61,740 nt of DNA, from NCBI GenBank assembly GCA_902797685.1, contig CADBTQ010000071.1:1-61740 (forward strand), in the 5' to 3' direction. Of this stretch, positions 35,656 through 45,923 are shown one piece after another. The notes under the pieces are model-generated. The model ran no database searches. It was given only the letters and a program-made list of their open reading frames with translations, and was not told where the DNA came from. Each line of letters begins with the position of its first letter. The stretch's first letter is position 1. The DNA is from an uncultured Eubacteriales bacterium. Its GTDB lineage: Bacteria > Bacillota > Clostridia > Christensenellales > CAG-1252. The position numbers were made by a program, and so were the translations under genes.

Positions 35656-36951
35656 TCACGGTGTCAAGCGGTCGGGACCACGGAACAAGAACTCCACTTC
35701 CTTGATCGTCAAGTGCAACAGGATCATGGTCATACGGTCGAGACCGATGCCGAAGCCGCCGTGAGGGGGACAACCGTACTTGAAGAACTCGAGGTAGAAC
35801 TTGACGTCCTCGCCCAAGCCCTTTTCATCCGCTTGCTTTTTGAGGATGTCGTAGCGGTGTTCACGCTGAGCGCCCGTAGTGATCTCGCAACCGCGCCAAA
35901 TGAGGTCGTAACCTTGGGGCACGCCCTCGGCGTTGCGCATGTGATAGAAAGCGCGTTTTTCGGCGCCGAAGTCGGTGACGAACAAAAACTCGTGACCGAA
36001 CTTGTCCAAAGAGAATTGCTTACAAAGGCGTTCGCCCTCGGTGCAAAGATCTCCCTTTTCGTAGAGGGCGGGATCGAGCCCGTAGTTGTCGATCAATTCG
36101 CGATACAGATCCGCCAATTTGATCCTCGGGAAGGGCAAGGTGGGTACGACCACTTCTTCCCCAAACAACTCCTTGATCTTGTCGCCGTATTGCTCTTTGA
36201 CAAAGGGCAAAGCGTAGGCGATCATCTCCTCTTCCATGTGCATGACGTCTTCGTAAGAGTCCACGTAACTGAACTCCAAGTCGAAGCCGGTGAACTCGGT
36301 GGCGTGCTTGTTGGTGTTGCTCTTTTCGGCACGGAACACGGGTCCCACCTCGAAGATGCGTTCAAACCCCGCCGCCATCGCCATTTGTTTGTAGAATTGG
36401 GGGGATTGGGCGAGGTACGCCTTGCGGTCGAAGTAGGTCAACTCAAACACGTCCGCGCCCGATTCGCTGGCGGCGCCGATGAGTTTGGGGGTGTGGATCT
36501 CCACGAAGTTGCGCTCGAGCAAAAACTCGCGGAACTTGGCGGCGATAAGCGTCTGCACCTTAAAGATGAGGGTGTTGCGCTCCGAACGCAGATCCAACCA
36601 GCGGTAGTCCAACCTGAGGTCGATGGCGCTGCGCTCTTCGATGGGCAGAGGATCGGCGATGGACTCCACCTTGATCGAGGTGGGCAACATCTCGATACCG
36701 CCCAATTTGACGAAGCTGTTTTCCACCACGGGACCTTCCACCGTCACGACCGATTGAATGGTCAGAGTGTCGATGATAGCGGCGAGCTCGGGATACTTTT
36801 CCTTCTCCACGGTCAGTTGCAGTTTGCCGGTGATGTCTTTGACGACCAAAAAGGCCATGGTGCGCTTGTTACGAATGTTTTCGATAAAGCCTTGCACTTT
36901 GTTGATTTCGCCGACTTTGAGTTCGGCAATACGTGATCTTTGCATAAGCAT
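35656..36951 (-). CDS. aspS: Aspartate--tRNA ligase, short non-discriminating/archaeal-like type
   Basis: RLDYRWLDLR, YLAQSPQFYKQ, FRAEKS, EITTGAQREH, PPHGGFGIGLDR; about 430 aa with no GAD insert. Confidence 0.9.
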   Translation of the reverse strand: MLMQRSRIAELKVGEINKVQGFIENIRNKRTMAFLVVKDITGKLQLTVEKEKYPELAAIIDTLTIQSVVTVEGPVVENSFVKLGGIEMLPTSIKVESIADPLPIEERSAIDLRLDYRWLDLRSERNTLIFKVQTLIAAKFREFLLERNFVEIHTPKLIGAASESGADVFELTYFDRKAYLAQSPQFYKQMAMAAGFERIFEVGPVFRAEKSNTNKHATEFTGFDLEFSYVDSYEDVMHMEEEMIAYALPFVKEQYGDKIKELFGEEVVVPTLPFPRIKLADLYRELIDNYGLDPALYEKGDLCTEGERLCKQFSLDKFGHEFLFVTDFGAEKRAFYHMRNAEGVPQGYDLIWRGCEITTGAQREHRYDILKKQADEKGLGEDVKFYLEFFKYGCPPHGGFGIGLDRMTMILLHLTIKEVEFLFRGPDRLTP

Positions 36952-37049
36952 ATTACTCCTTTTGAGTCTATTACGAATATATTATACACCCTTTCGGGGG
37001 CGTTTTGCAATACTTTGCGCCCCGCAAAATGGGGGCATTGCGCCAAGGG

Positions 37050-37853
37050 TCAAACCAAATCCTCGGGCTCGTGCGTTTGGGAGCGGCGTTTCCACTCCCT
37101 ATTCCAGTTGATCAGCCCGTACACGTTGATAAAGACGTACACCGCGGATTGGGCGATCAGGGGCAACGACTCCAAATAATCGCTGTTGCCCGCCTCGAGG
37201 GACTCGACGATGGTCACCACCCAAATGGTGATGAAGATGGCGTTGTTGACAAGCCACAACACCCATTGCAATTTGACCCTTTTGCTCGCCAAAACGAAGG
37301 CGCACACGCTGACGACCGCGGTACCCGCGCTCAAAAAAGGCAGGCGGCTGCCCACGTGGCGCAGCACGAAACCGTAGGTCAAAAACGCCGCCACGCCGAA
37401 GATGGCGATGGGGATAAGGGTGATGGGCTCCAACGCCTTCATTTCGTAAGTGGAGCGCTTGATGTCGTCGGCGCGAAGCCATTTGACGATGGTAACGACC
37501 GCCAGCACCATCAAAAACAAAGTGGTCGCGATCTCCCCGTAGAGGTGATTGTTGTAAGAAGCGTTGAGATAGCAAAGGCTGTAGCCAAAGGTAAAAACGA
37601 AATATAATTTGCTCGTTTTGACGTTAAAAAAACCGCCGGTGACGTTGAGCGCCGCCCCCAGTATGACGAACCAAGGAGACTTTGCCCAAATGCCCAAGCC
37701 GACGATCCCGCCCAAAATGGCAGACAACAAAAGGACGTCCCAAATACGCCAGCCATGCGACAAAGACGCGCCCTTCGGCGCGGTCTTTCGGCGATGATTA
37801 TTGCGTGCTGTCGATCTCTCTTGCGTATTCATTCGGGACAAGTATACCACCAA
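37050..37853 (-). CDS. PnuC-like nicotinamide riboside/vitamin transporter
   Basis: About 7 TM segments; LYGE, PFLSA.TA.S..A..L..KR..QW..WL.NN and NVYGL.NW motifs; start uncertain. Confidence 0.75.
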   Translation of the reverse strand: MVVYLSRMNTQERSTARNNHRRKTAPKGASLSHGWRIWDVLLLSAILGGIVGLGIWAKSPWFVILGAALNVTGGFFNVKTSKLYFVFTFGYSLCYLNASYNNHLYGEIATTLFLMVLAVVTIVKWLRADDIKRSTYEMKALEPITLIPIAIFGVAAFLTYGFVLRHVGSRLPFLSAGTAVVSVCAFVLASKRVKLQWVLWLVNNAIFITIWVVTIVESLEAGNSDYLESLPLIAQSAVYVFINVYGLINWNREWKRRSQTHEPEDLV

Positions 37854-37894
37854 CTTTGCCTATAGGCAAACGAATAGAGGTATTTTTGTCCTAT

Positions 37895-38854
37895 CTACCC
37901 CACGACTTCGGTCAAAACCCTAAGCGCGTTAGACCACATCATCTTGTCCACCACCCGTGCGGGCAAGTAGCGGGACAGATATTCGGCAAGGTAGGGGGTG
38001 GTCTCGCACCCGGTCAGCGGGGGCAAGGGGCGTATGCCGTCGTAGTCGGTACCCAACGCCAGCACGTCTTCGCCCGCCACGTCGAGGATATGCTTGACGT
38101 GATTGAGGCTGTACTCGAGCAAGTCCCCCTCTCCCCGTCGCAAAAAGTCGGGGCAAAGGTTGAGCCCGGTGACGCCGCCGCGATCCGCCAACGCTTTGAG
38201 CATGGGGTCGGTCAGATTGCGGGCGACTTCGCACACCGAGCGGGCGTTGCTGTGACTGGCGACAAAGGGGGCGTCGCTATGGCGCACCACATCCCAAAAG
38301 CCGCCGTCCGACAGATGCGACACGTCCACCACCATCCCCAAGCGATTCATCTCCTTGACCGTCTCTATCCCCAACGGGGTCAATCCCCTCTCGTCGGTGT
38401 GGGTCAAGCTCGCCAATCGGTCGGCGTGGTAGGATCGGTAATCCAAATTGGGGTATCCCAATTCGTTGGCAAAGTTCCAAGTCAAAGTCATCATGCGTAC
38501 CCCGTGATCGTAGAGAGAACGCAATTTGTCCAAGTCTCCCTCCATAGTGCCGCCCTCTTCGATGGTGAGCAGCAAAGCGACCTTGCCCGCCTTGACCGTT
38601 TGCTCGATCTCCTCTACGGTCGTCACTTTGGCGACCAGATCCGAGTTTTGGCAAACGGACTCGTCCAAAGAATGGGCGTAGGACAGGAAGTTTGCGTACA
38701 AATTGCCCCGATCGTAGGGTTGAAAGACCGCCACGCACTGCAAGCCGTAGCCTGCGTCTTTGAGCTTTTGCCAACTGATCTGCCCCGCCCCGTTTCTCCA
38801 CTCTTTGGGATCAAGGGCGGTAATGGTATCGCAATGTAGATCGGCTATTTTCAT
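37895..38854 (-). CDS. Membrane dipeptidase (peptidase M19)
   Basis: DLHCD, TIEEG, LTWN, DVSHLS, ASHSN, RNLTD, LGTDYDG. Confidence 0.92.
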   Translation of the reverse strand: MKIADLHCDTITALDPKEWRNGAGQISWQKLKDAGYGLQCVAVFQPYDRGNLYANFLSYAHSLDESVCQNSDLVAKVTTVEEIEQTVKAGKVALLLTIEEGGTMEGDLDKLRSLYDHGVRMMTLTWNFANELGYPNLDYRSYHADRLASLTHTDERGLTPLGIETVKEMNRLGMVVDVSHLSDGGFWDVVRHSDAPFVASHSNARSVCEVARNLTDPMLKALADRGGVTGLNLCPDFLRRGEGDLLEYSLNHVKHILDVAGEDVLALGTDYDGIRPLPPLTGCETTPYLAEYLSRYLPARVVDKMMWSNALRVLTEVVG

Positions 38855-38892
38855 CTTACTCCACGTTATGATCAGCCCCTTCGGGCGGTGAC

Positions 38893-38918
38893 AAAAATCG
38901 ACCGCCTCGGCGGTCGAT
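38893..38918 (-). terminator. Intrinsic terminator
   Basis: atcgaccgcc-tc-ggcggtcgat with a T-tract on the minus strand. Confidence 0.7.
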
Positions 38919-38925
38919 CGTAAGT

Positions 38926-41202
38926 TTATTCCTCGGTGCCCTCGGGGGTTTGTCCCTCGCCCTCGTCGGGTTGCGGATCGGTATTGTTTCCCTCGTCAGA
39001 TTGGGGATCCTCTGTATTGTTTCCCTCGTCGGGGGTGACTTCCTCTTCGGGAGAGGCGCCGCCCACTTGTACCGTCACGGAAGCGCCTTCCTCGTAATAG
39101 CCCTTAGTGAGGGGGCTGACCTTGACCGAGTCGCCTTCCAACCCCGCAAAGAGGTAGGTGGTCTCGGGGTCGGTCGCCTTGACGGACAAGGTAGCGACTT
39201 CCTCGGTGCCGAGGTAAAGGGTCAACGAATAGTAGTAGGCAAGTCCGCCCTCGTTGGCGATCGTCACGTTGATCCCGTCCGCTTGGCGGGTCGCCACGGC
39301 GGAGATGGAAGTCGAAGTCGTATAGACGTAAGACTTGAGCGCCTTTTCGCTATCGGTGAAGTTGCCGCCCGACTTGGTGGCGTAGACGGACACGTTGTAG
39401 GTGCCCACCGCCTTGATCAGATCGACGATATCCAATTCCACCGCCTCATCCTTGGCGTCCACTCGGCGCTCCGTGCCGTTGACCGAGACGACGAACATGC
39501 CCGCGTGTTCCACGGGAGCGATCTTGACCAACACGTGCTCCTTGCCCTCCGCGTCCACGCTCGCTTCGATGCCGAACACGGGGGTAGCCAGTTGCACGAA
39601 GTAGGACACGCCGACCGAGGTCGAAGCGCCCGCGACGTACACTTTGGCGTTGTCGGAGTAGGGTTTGACGGTCACGGTATAGTCGCCGGGATCCAATTCG
39701 GGCAAGGTGTATTGGGTGTTGTCCCCTTTGCCTTTGGCGACCGTAAACGCCTCGGCGATGCCCGACACTTCCACGTTGTAGCCGTCGGCATGATTGACGT
39801 GCGAAATGACCAACACTTGTTGATTGTTGTAATTGGCGACGAAGACTTGGGGCGCTTCGAGATATTGCACGAAGTAGCAGTTGGCGACTTGGGCGTATGC
39901 GCCCACCGTGCTTTCGGGATAGATATACAATTCGCCCGCGCCGGCGACTTCGCCCGCTTTACCGTGCACGACCACTTCCTTGCCGCCCTCGATCTTGACG
40001 ACTTCGCCCAACACGTTGGCGGTGGCGTTGCCGCTTAAGGAGACGACGCTGTCGATCTTGCCGTCTACGGTCAAATCTCCGTCTACCGCCACGGCACCCG
40101 CTTTGAATTTGCCTTTGATCTCGGCGGTAGCCAGCGTCGCCGTACCCGTCACGTTGAAGTCGCTGTATAAGGTGCGGTTGCCGCTAAGGGTCAGATCTCC
40201 TTCCACGATGACCTTGCCGCCGTTTTGCGGTTTGCTCCAAATGGTCTTTTTGTAGCCCACGAAGCCGTCGCCCGCCATCGTCAGATTGCCCTTGACTTCC
40301 AACGTGTGGTCGTTGAGATCGAGGTTGACCCCGCCCAAAGAGAGATCGCCGTCCCAAATGACGTCGTTTTTGAAGATATACTCGGTTTTTTTGCCCTTGG
40401 CGACCGCCTTGGCAAGTCCGTCCGCCGAATGGATAAACGCCACGTTGCGAGTGGTGACGAAGTGCCCCGTCGCCAGGCCTGCGCCCAAAAGCACGATCAA
40501 AGACAGCACCACGACCAATACCACGTGCTTTTTGAACCAAGCGCGGGTCTTAGCGGCGCGTAGTGCCTTCTTGCGCGCTTTTTCGGCGGCGGCTTCCGCC
40601 TCTTGTTCGGCTTTTTGCTCGTCGGTCAGTTTCGGTTGTTCGCCCTCGGCTTGGGGCTCCTCTCCCGTCATGCCGAGGGAAGCGTCAGCGGACTCGAGCG
40701 TATCTTCTTCCTTGGTCATACCGAGGGAAGCGTCAGCGGACTCGAGTGTATTTGGGCTCTCCTCCTCTTGCGCTTGTTCTTCCTCGAGTTGCTCTTCCTC
40801 TTGCTCGGGGGCGGGCTCTTGCTCGCCGTCCGACCAATATACGGGTTGCGCCTCCTGCTCGACCAGCTCAGCGGGAGTTTGCTCACCGTTCTGCGCGGGA
40901 GTAGGCTCGATCGTAGCCTCTTCCTCTTGCTCGACGCCGCGCTCCTCTTCGTCGGGGGCAATCTCCTCTACCCCGGAGCCGTCCGCTTGTTCGCTCTCTT
41001 GAGGGGCTTGCTCTACCGTCGTATCGGCGGCGAGTTGCTCGCGCTCTCCTTGCGCGCCGAAAAGGGGCTCGCCCTCGTAACGGGGAGTTCCGTTCTCTTG
41101 CTCTTGCCACAGTTCCTCTTGCTCGGCTACGTTCTCCTCGCGGACAAAACCTTGGGGATCGTAGTTTTGCGGTCTATTTTTATGCTTATGTTTTTTACTC
41201 AT
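38926..41202 (-). CDS. Single-pass membrane protein: acidic disordered N-terminus, TM, beta-rich/FN3-like extracellular part, acidic tail
   Basis: About 200 Glu/Gln-rich residues, basic patch, TM helix, then beta-rich segments (LEAP, LATP...YTVTV); DEGNNT tail repeats; SD ggagg. Confidence 0.8.
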   Translation of the reverse strand: MSKKHKHKNRPQNYDPQGFVREENVAEQEELWQEQENGTPRYEGEPLFGAQGEREQLAADTTVEQAPQESEQADGSGVEEIAPDEEERGVEQEEEATIEPTPAQNGEQTPAELVEQEAQPVYWSDGEQEPAPEQEEEQLEEEQAQEEESPNTLESADASLGMTKEEDTLESADASLGMTGEEPQAEGEQPKLTDEQKAEQEAEAAAEKARKKALRAAKTRAWFKKHVVLVVVLSLIVLLGAGLATGHFVTTRNVAFIHSADGLAKAVAKGKKTEYIFKNDVIWDGDLSLGGVNLDLNDHTLEVKGNLTMAGDGFVGYKKTIWSKPQNGGKVIVEGDLTLSGNRTLYSDFNVTGTATLATAEIKGKFKAGAVAVDGDLTVDGKIDSVVSLSGNATANVLGEVVKIEGGKEVVVHGKAGEVAGAGELYIYPESTVGAYAQVANCYFVQYLEAPQVFVANYNNQQVLVISHVNHADGYNVEVSGIAEAFTVAKGKGDNTQYTLPELDPGDYTVTVKPYSDNAKVYVAGASTSVGVSYFVQLATPVFGIEASVDAEGKEHVLVKIAPVEHAGMFVVSVNGTERRVDAKDEAVELDIVDLIKAVGTYNVSVYATKSGGNFTDSEKALKSYVYTTSTSISAVATRQADGINVTIANEGGLAYYYSLTLYLGTEEVATLSVKATDPETTYLFAGLEGDSVKVSPLTKGYYEEGASVTVQVGGASPEEEVTPDEGNNTEDPQSDEGNNTDPQPDEGEGQTPEGTEE
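40667..40752 (-). repeat. Two tandem in-frame family B REP-like copies (40667-40704 and 40715-40752)
   Basis: Encode NTLESADASLGMT and DTLESADASLGMT; near-identical to 8309-8346. Confidence 0.8.
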
Positions 41203-41314
41203 AACGCCTCCACCCCATAAGGGGTCATGTTCATCCTATTTATTATACAAACTATTTTCGTCCCGTGTCAAGAGGGCTACCCTTTTTCGACGATCAAAAA
41301 AGGGGCAAAGCCCC

Positions 41315-42241
41315 TTACAGCGTCATGATGATCGCCTTGATCTCTTCGGTCGTCTTGGCGGCGCCCACTTTGAGCCGATATTCCTTGGCGCCCGCTCTCC
41401 CCGATACGGCGGAGATCAAGTGCGGTTTGAGCAAATTGCACACCACGTGATCCGAGTAAGTCTTGCTCAACATATCCATTTGGAATAAAAAATCCTTTTT
41501 GAGATCCACTTCCACGTCCGCGCCCCGCACCTCGGCGAAGATAGAGGTGTGCCCGATGGCGCCGCGGGCGATCATCACCCCGTCGCAGGCTGTGACTTCC
41601 TTGATACGGCGGTAGTCGTCGGCGGACTTGACGTCTCCGTTGGCGACAAGCGGGATATTCACCGCGCGTTTGACCTCGGCGATGGCGTCCCAATCGGCGC
41701 TCCCTTGGTAAAACTGAGTGCGCGTCCTGCCGTGTACGGTCACCATATCCGCGCCCGCTCTCTCCATGGCGAGGGCAAACTCGGGGGCGGTCAAACGATC
41801 CCACCCCAAACGGATCTTGACGGTCACGGGACGAGAGCCCGCGCCCTCTTTGACGGCGCGCACGATATCGGCGGCGCGGGAAGGGTCTTTCATCAAAGCG
41901 CTCCCCTCTCCTCGGCTGACCACTTTTTGCACGGGACAACCCATATTGATATCTATGATATCAAACTTGTCGATGACTTCCGCTCTGACCCCCTTGGCAA
42001 AGTCCTCGGGATCGTGCCCGAACAACTGCACCGCGCAAGGGGTCTCGCAAGGGGCTACGGTCGTCAATATCTCGGTCTGTTTGTTGCGATAATTGAGTCC
42101 GCACACCGAGATCATCTCGGTATAAGTCAACCCCGCGCCGTACGAGCGAGCAAGGGAGCGAAAGCCCAAATCGCTGACCCCCGCCATGGGACCCAGCACC
42201 GCGTCGTGAGATAGGGTGATGTTGCCGATCGTCAACGCCAT
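41315..42241 (-). CDS. dusB: tRNA-dihydrouridine synthase
   Basis: PMAGVSD, YTEMIS, VQLFG, DINMGCP, GSALMK, VTVKIRLG, VHGRT, NGDV, MIARG. Confidence 0.9.
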   Translation of the reverse strand: MALTIGNITLSHDAVLGPMAGVSDLGFRSLARSYGAGLTYTEMISVCGLNYRNKQTEILTTVAPCETPCAVQLFGHDPEDFAKGVRAEVIDKFDIIDINMGCPVQKVVSRGEGSALMKDPSRAADIVRAVKEGAGSRPVTVKIRLGWDRLTAPEFALAMERAGADMVTVHGRTRTQFYQGSADWDAIAEVKRAVNIPLVANGDVKSADDYRRIKEVTACDGVMIARGAIGHTSIFAEVRGADVEVDLKKDFLFQMDMLSKTYSDHVVCNLLKPHLISAVSGRAGAKEYRLKVGAAKTTEEIKAIIMTL

Positions 42242-42242
42242 A

Positions 42243-43625
42243 CTATTCGTGTTTGATCTCGTTCCAGATAGCGTCCAACTCGTCCAAAGTCATGTCCGTC
42301 ATCTGTTTGCCCATCGATAAGACTTTGGCTTCCACTTTGGCAAAGCGGTCGGCAAATTTGCGGGTGGCGGCAAGGAGCGCCAACTCGGGCTCCACCCCCA
42401 ACATACGCAACACGTTGACCGCCGCAAACAGCAGATCGCCCCCCTCCTCCGCTTGTTCTTCGGGAGAGGACGCGGCTTTGAGTTCCGCCAATTCCTCGTT
42501 GACTTTGTCGTACGCTCCTTGGGGATCCGCCCAATCGAAATTGGCTTTGCGCGCGATCTTTTGTATCTTTTTGGCGCGCATCAAAGCGGGCATGGGCGAC
42601 ACCATTTGCATACGTTGGGTGTAGGTCTGTTGGTGTTTTTCCACCGCTTTGGCGGCTTCCCACGCCGCCAACGCCGCTTCGGGGTCGTCCGCTTTGACGT
42701 TGCCGAACACGTGGGGATGGCGGAAGAGCATTTTGCCCGTCACGCCGCTCAACATATCGTATGTACTGAACTCGCCCGCGTCCTCGGACAAGCTGGCGTG
42801 GAACACCGCCTGCAACAGCACGTCCCCGCTCTCCTCGAGCATCTTGTCTACGTCGTCCAAATCGATGGCTTCCACCAATTCGTACGCCTCTTCGATACAG
42901 CAATCGCGAATGGTCTTGTGGGTCTGCACTCTATCCCACGAGCAACCGTCGGGCGCGCGCAAACGAAAGACGATCTTCATCAGATCCTCAAATCCCCACC
43001 GCCGTTTGTCCCGATAGTCCAATCTCGGCAGTACGTAGGCGCAGTCGGCGCCGTAGCCTTTTTGCCTGTCGAGGTCTTCCACCTTGACGGATCTGGCTTT
43101 GCCGCCCGCGACCAAATAGCCGTCCACGTCCCCGACCACGTCCAACAATTTGAGTTTGACCTCGCCCGCCACGCACACGTCGTCCAATTCGGTCACCACG
43201 ACGGTGGCGTCCGAGGGATACCACACCCGCTCGGCAGCCAAATCGTGGGCGGACACGGTGAGCAGCCGCTCGGCAAGAGTCCCCGAGCAGGCGGCGGCGC
43301 TGACGGCAGCCGCCACCCCGGGGATCACGGTATATTCGTCAAGTAGCGACAACACGGGGTCTTCCACCCCCGCGCCGTCCACGCAATAGACGCAATCGCC
43401 CGCCTCGTTCAAGCGGTCGGCGATGGCGGCGTGCAGGGAGTCGAAATCCTGCGCTTGGTCGTACAGATCGTCGCAAGAGGTGGCGTCTACGCCAAGCGAC
43501 GACAACGCCTTATACGCCTCGGTGCGGCGGGTGCGCACGAATACTTTGCTTGCCTTTTGGATTGCTTCCTTACCCCGCAAGGTCAGATCTTGCGGGCCTA
43601 CTCCCATACCTACGATCGTGATCAT
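42243..43625 (-). CDS. mazG: YabN-type tetrapyrrole-methylase/MazG nucleoside triphosphate pyrophosphohydrolase
   Basis: N-terminal ITIVGMG methylase-like domain; LRAPDGCSWDRVQTH, EEAYE, EESGDVLLQ, RHPHVFG, GDLLFA. Confidence 0.9.
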   Translation of the reverse strand: MITIVGMGVGPQDLTLRGKEAIQKASKVFVRTRRTEAYKALSSLGVDATSCDDLYDQAQDFDSLHAAIADRLNEAGDCVYCVDGAGVEDPVLSLLDEYTVIPGVAAAVSAAACSGTLAERLLTVSAHDLAAERVWYPSDATVVVTELDDVCVAGEVKLKLLDVVGDVDGYLVAGGKARSVKVEDLDRQKGYGADCAYVLPRLDYRDKRRWGFEDLMKIVFRLRAPDGCSWDRVQTHKTIRDCCIEEAYELVEAIDLDDVDKMLEESGDVLLQAVFHASLSEDAGEFSTYDMLSGVTGKMLFRHPHVFGNVKADDPEAALAAWEAAKAVEKHQQTYTQRMQMVSPMPALMRAKKIQKIARKANFDWADPQGAYDKVNEELAELKAASSPEEQAEEGGDLLFAAVNVLRMLGVEPELALLAATRKFADRFAKVEAKVLSMGKQMTDMTLDELDAIWNEIKHE

Positions 43626-43627
43626 AC

Positions 43628-45121
43628 TTACTCCTTAGCCACCAAGCTTAAGGCGCGTCGCCTTTTGCTTGTGGCAAATAATATTGTAGCATAAACCGCC
43701 CCTCCTAGCAAGCAGCACAACGCCACCGAAGGGATATTATTGTCAAAAAAGTAACTGATGGGAGCGATCACAGCCGCCATAGCGGCGGTAGCGCCCACCA
43801 CCGTCCACAATCGGCGTGGCGAAGCGAAACGCCCCACCAAACGGTAGTACGAAGTGGCGTTGAGTGCGAAAGCGAGCACCACGCCTATCAAATTGGCGAT
43901 GGTGGCGCCCACGATGCCCACTCTCAAAAGCACCAAACTCAACGCGACTTTCACCCCCGCCGCTACGAGCAAATGCTTGACGACCGTCTCCGAACGGTCG
44001 AGGGCGTTGAGCATGGCGCCGTAGAGTTGTTGAAGACAAGTCAGCGGAATGGACGCGCACCCTACCGTCAACAGCAAAACGGCAAGCGACCGCTCGGCGG
44101 AAGACAGCGCGGGATAAAGCACGGGAACGAGCCTTGGCGCGACCAAAGCCAACCCCACGGCGGCGGGAAGAGAAATGGCGAGCACGGTGCGCAACGTGTC
44201 CAGACTGCTGCCCTTGATGGCGGTCATATCCCGTTGCGATTTGGCTTTGGAGAGGGCGGGCACCACCATAGTGGCAAAGGAAAAGGTCAACACCACGGGC
44301 GCGGTGAGCAAGGTGCCTACGGCACCCGACCACACCCCGTACAATCCCACCGACTCTCCTTTGTCCCACCCGTACAACACGAGGAGATTGACCAATAGCA
44401 TGCTGTCGGCAAATTGGGTCAAGGGAGCGATCATATTGGAAGCGGTGATGGGCACGGACGCTTTCCACACGGGCAAAAAGCCCACTTTGACCTCGGGATG
44501 GGACAAGCGGTAACCAAACGCGAAATAGGAGACGACCAACCAAGCCAAACTCGCCCCCTCGGCGACCGTTACGCCCAGTAGCGCGCCCACCGTTTGCCAC
44601 ACCAAGCCCTTAGCCGACAAGAGATAAGCGAACAGCAAGCCGCTCAGTTTGACCACCTGCTCCACCAAGGACACGGTCGCCAACGTACCCGCGTGAAGGC
44701 TTGCGGCAAACCACCCCCGAAAGGCGGCGGCGATCGCGACCAAGGGAACGGCGGGAGCCAACGCCAAATACCCCCACCACATAGCGGGAAAGCCCTGCAA
44801 ACGAGCCAAAGGATAGGCAAGCGCCGCCAACAGTACCCCGCCCGATACGCCGGTAAGGGCGAGCACTTTGAGTCCCGAGCGAAACACCGCGTACCCAAAA
44901 CGACCGTCCTTGGCGATCTGGCGACTGAGAAGAAAGGGCATCGCCGAAGACGTCAGCGCCAAAACGAGGGCGTACACCGGGAAAACCAGTTGGTACCCGC
45001 CCATCCCCTTGGCGCCCAACAGATTGGTCAGGGGCAGACGATAAAAAGCGCCGATCGCTTTGGCAAGCACACCGGCGAATAGCAATATCCAGCCCGCTTT
45101 GAGGGATTTAGCCGCGGTCAA
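43628..45121 (-). CDS. YabM/SpoVB-like MOP-superfamily flippase (polysaccharide biosynthesis protein)
   Basis: KAIGAFYRLPL.NLLG..GMG.YQ..FP.Y, FRG.F, EQVVK; about 14 TM; probable TTG start at 45121 with SD ggag; lies between spoVT and yabN. Confidence 0.85.
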   Translation of the reverse strand: MTAAKSLKAGWILLFAGVLAKAIGAFYRLPLTNLLGAKGMGGYQLVFPVYALVLALTSSAMPFLLSRQIAKDGRFGYAVFRSGLKVLALTGVSGGVLLAALAYPLARLQGFPAMWWGYLALAPAVPLVAIAAAFRGWFAASLHAGTLATVSLVEQVVKLSGLLFAYLLSAKGLVWQTVGALLGVTVAEGASLAWLVVSYFAFGYRLSHPEVKVGFLPVWKASVPITASNMIAPLTQFADSMLLVNLLVLYGWDKGESVGLYGVWSGAVGTLLTAPVVLTFSFATMVVPALSKAKSQRDMTAIKGSSLDTLRTVLAISLPAAVGLALVAPRLVPVLYPALSSAERSLAVLLLTVGCASIPLTCLQQLYGAMLNALDRSETVVKHLLVAAGVKVALSLVLLRVGIVGATIANLIGVVLAFALNATSYYRLVGRFASPRRLWTVVGATAAMAAVIAPISYFFDNNIPSVALCCLLGGAVYATILFATSKRRRALSLVAKE

Positions 45122-45596
45122 GTTGGCTCTCCAACAAACTGCGCACCAAACGCACCTTGCCAAGGTCCGAAGGGGTGTAATCGCCTTTGCACAACGCCAC
45201 CCCGCCCATCAGATCGCCACCCACCAAGATGGGCTCAACGTAGGCGGAGCCGAAAGGCAATTCGGGGCAAGACACCACCCCTTTGCGCCTCTCTTTGAGG
45301 GCTTGTTCGATAGCGGGCGGTAGAGCCAATTCCCCCTTACCCGTCCAGGCTAAGGCGCGGTTGCGATCGGCGACCAGCACCTCTCCGTCCGTCTCGCCGG
45401 CAAGCACCGAGGCAAAGCGCGCCGCTTCCTCTTCCAAGTCGGACAGCGCCGAATACTTTTTGAGCACAAGCCCCTCGTCTTGGGCGAATATCTCCAACTC
45501 TTCCCCCTCTTTGATGCGCATAGAGCGGCGGATCTCTTTGGGGATCACCACCCTGCCCAGTTCGTCAATACGTCGTATCATACCCGTAGCTTTCAT
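45108..45596 (-). CDS. spoVT: Stage V sporulation protein T (AbrB-type regulator with GAF domain)
   Basis: MKATGMIRRIDELGRVVIPKEIRR..RIKEG..LEIF; C-terminal PIL..GD..GGV. Confidence 0.9.
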   Translation of the reverse strand: MKATGMIRRIDELGRVVIPKEIRRSMRIKEGEELEIFAQDEGLVLKKYSALSDLEEEAARFASVLAGETDGEVLVADRNRALAWTGKGELALPPAIEQALKERRKGVVSCPELPFGSAYVEPILVGGDLMGGVALCKGDYTPSDLGKVRLVRSLLESQLDRG

Positions 45597-45601
45597 ACCC
45601 G

Positions 45602-45630
45602 TAGTATGGCAAGAGGTAGGCAAGTTATGT
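45602..45630 (-). promoter_or_regulatory. Sigma-G-like forespore promoter for spoVT
   Basis: ACATA-17 nt-CATACTA ending 5 nt before the ATG; spoVT is sigma-G-controlled in B. subtilis. Confidence 0.6.
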
Positions 45631-45713
45631 AAACGAATGGCAACGGATCGCTCGTACCCGCGGGGCGTACAGCGGAGAGAAACGTCCCGCGGAAAAGGCG
45701 CAACCGCACACAA

Positions 45714-45743
45714 AATAAAGCCACCACCTATAGGTGATGGCTT
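45714..45743 (-). terminator. Probable terminator
   Basis: aagccaccacc-tata-ggtgatggctt with a T-rich tail on the minus strand. Confidence 0.5.
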
Positions 45744-45923
45744 ATCAAAAGTGCGAGTTTTTTCGGTACAGTTTTTTGCGTTCCACTATACTATGTCCAA
45801 ACGCGGAAGAAAAACCGATGGACGTACAACGTAGTGAATCGTCCATCGGAAGAGAAATAGCCGCGCATAAAACATTGCCGTCACCCAAATGGGTGGCGGC
45901 AAGTCATAAGCGCGTGCTATTTC

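Noticed and set aside
35656-36951. Short archaeal-like AspRS as a novelty
   Set aside because: Non-discriminating short AspRS is well known in Clostridia and other bacteria.
42243-43625. MazG as an anti-phage defence gene
   Set aside because: It is the housekeeping YabN fusion in the conserved spoVT-yabM-yabN order.
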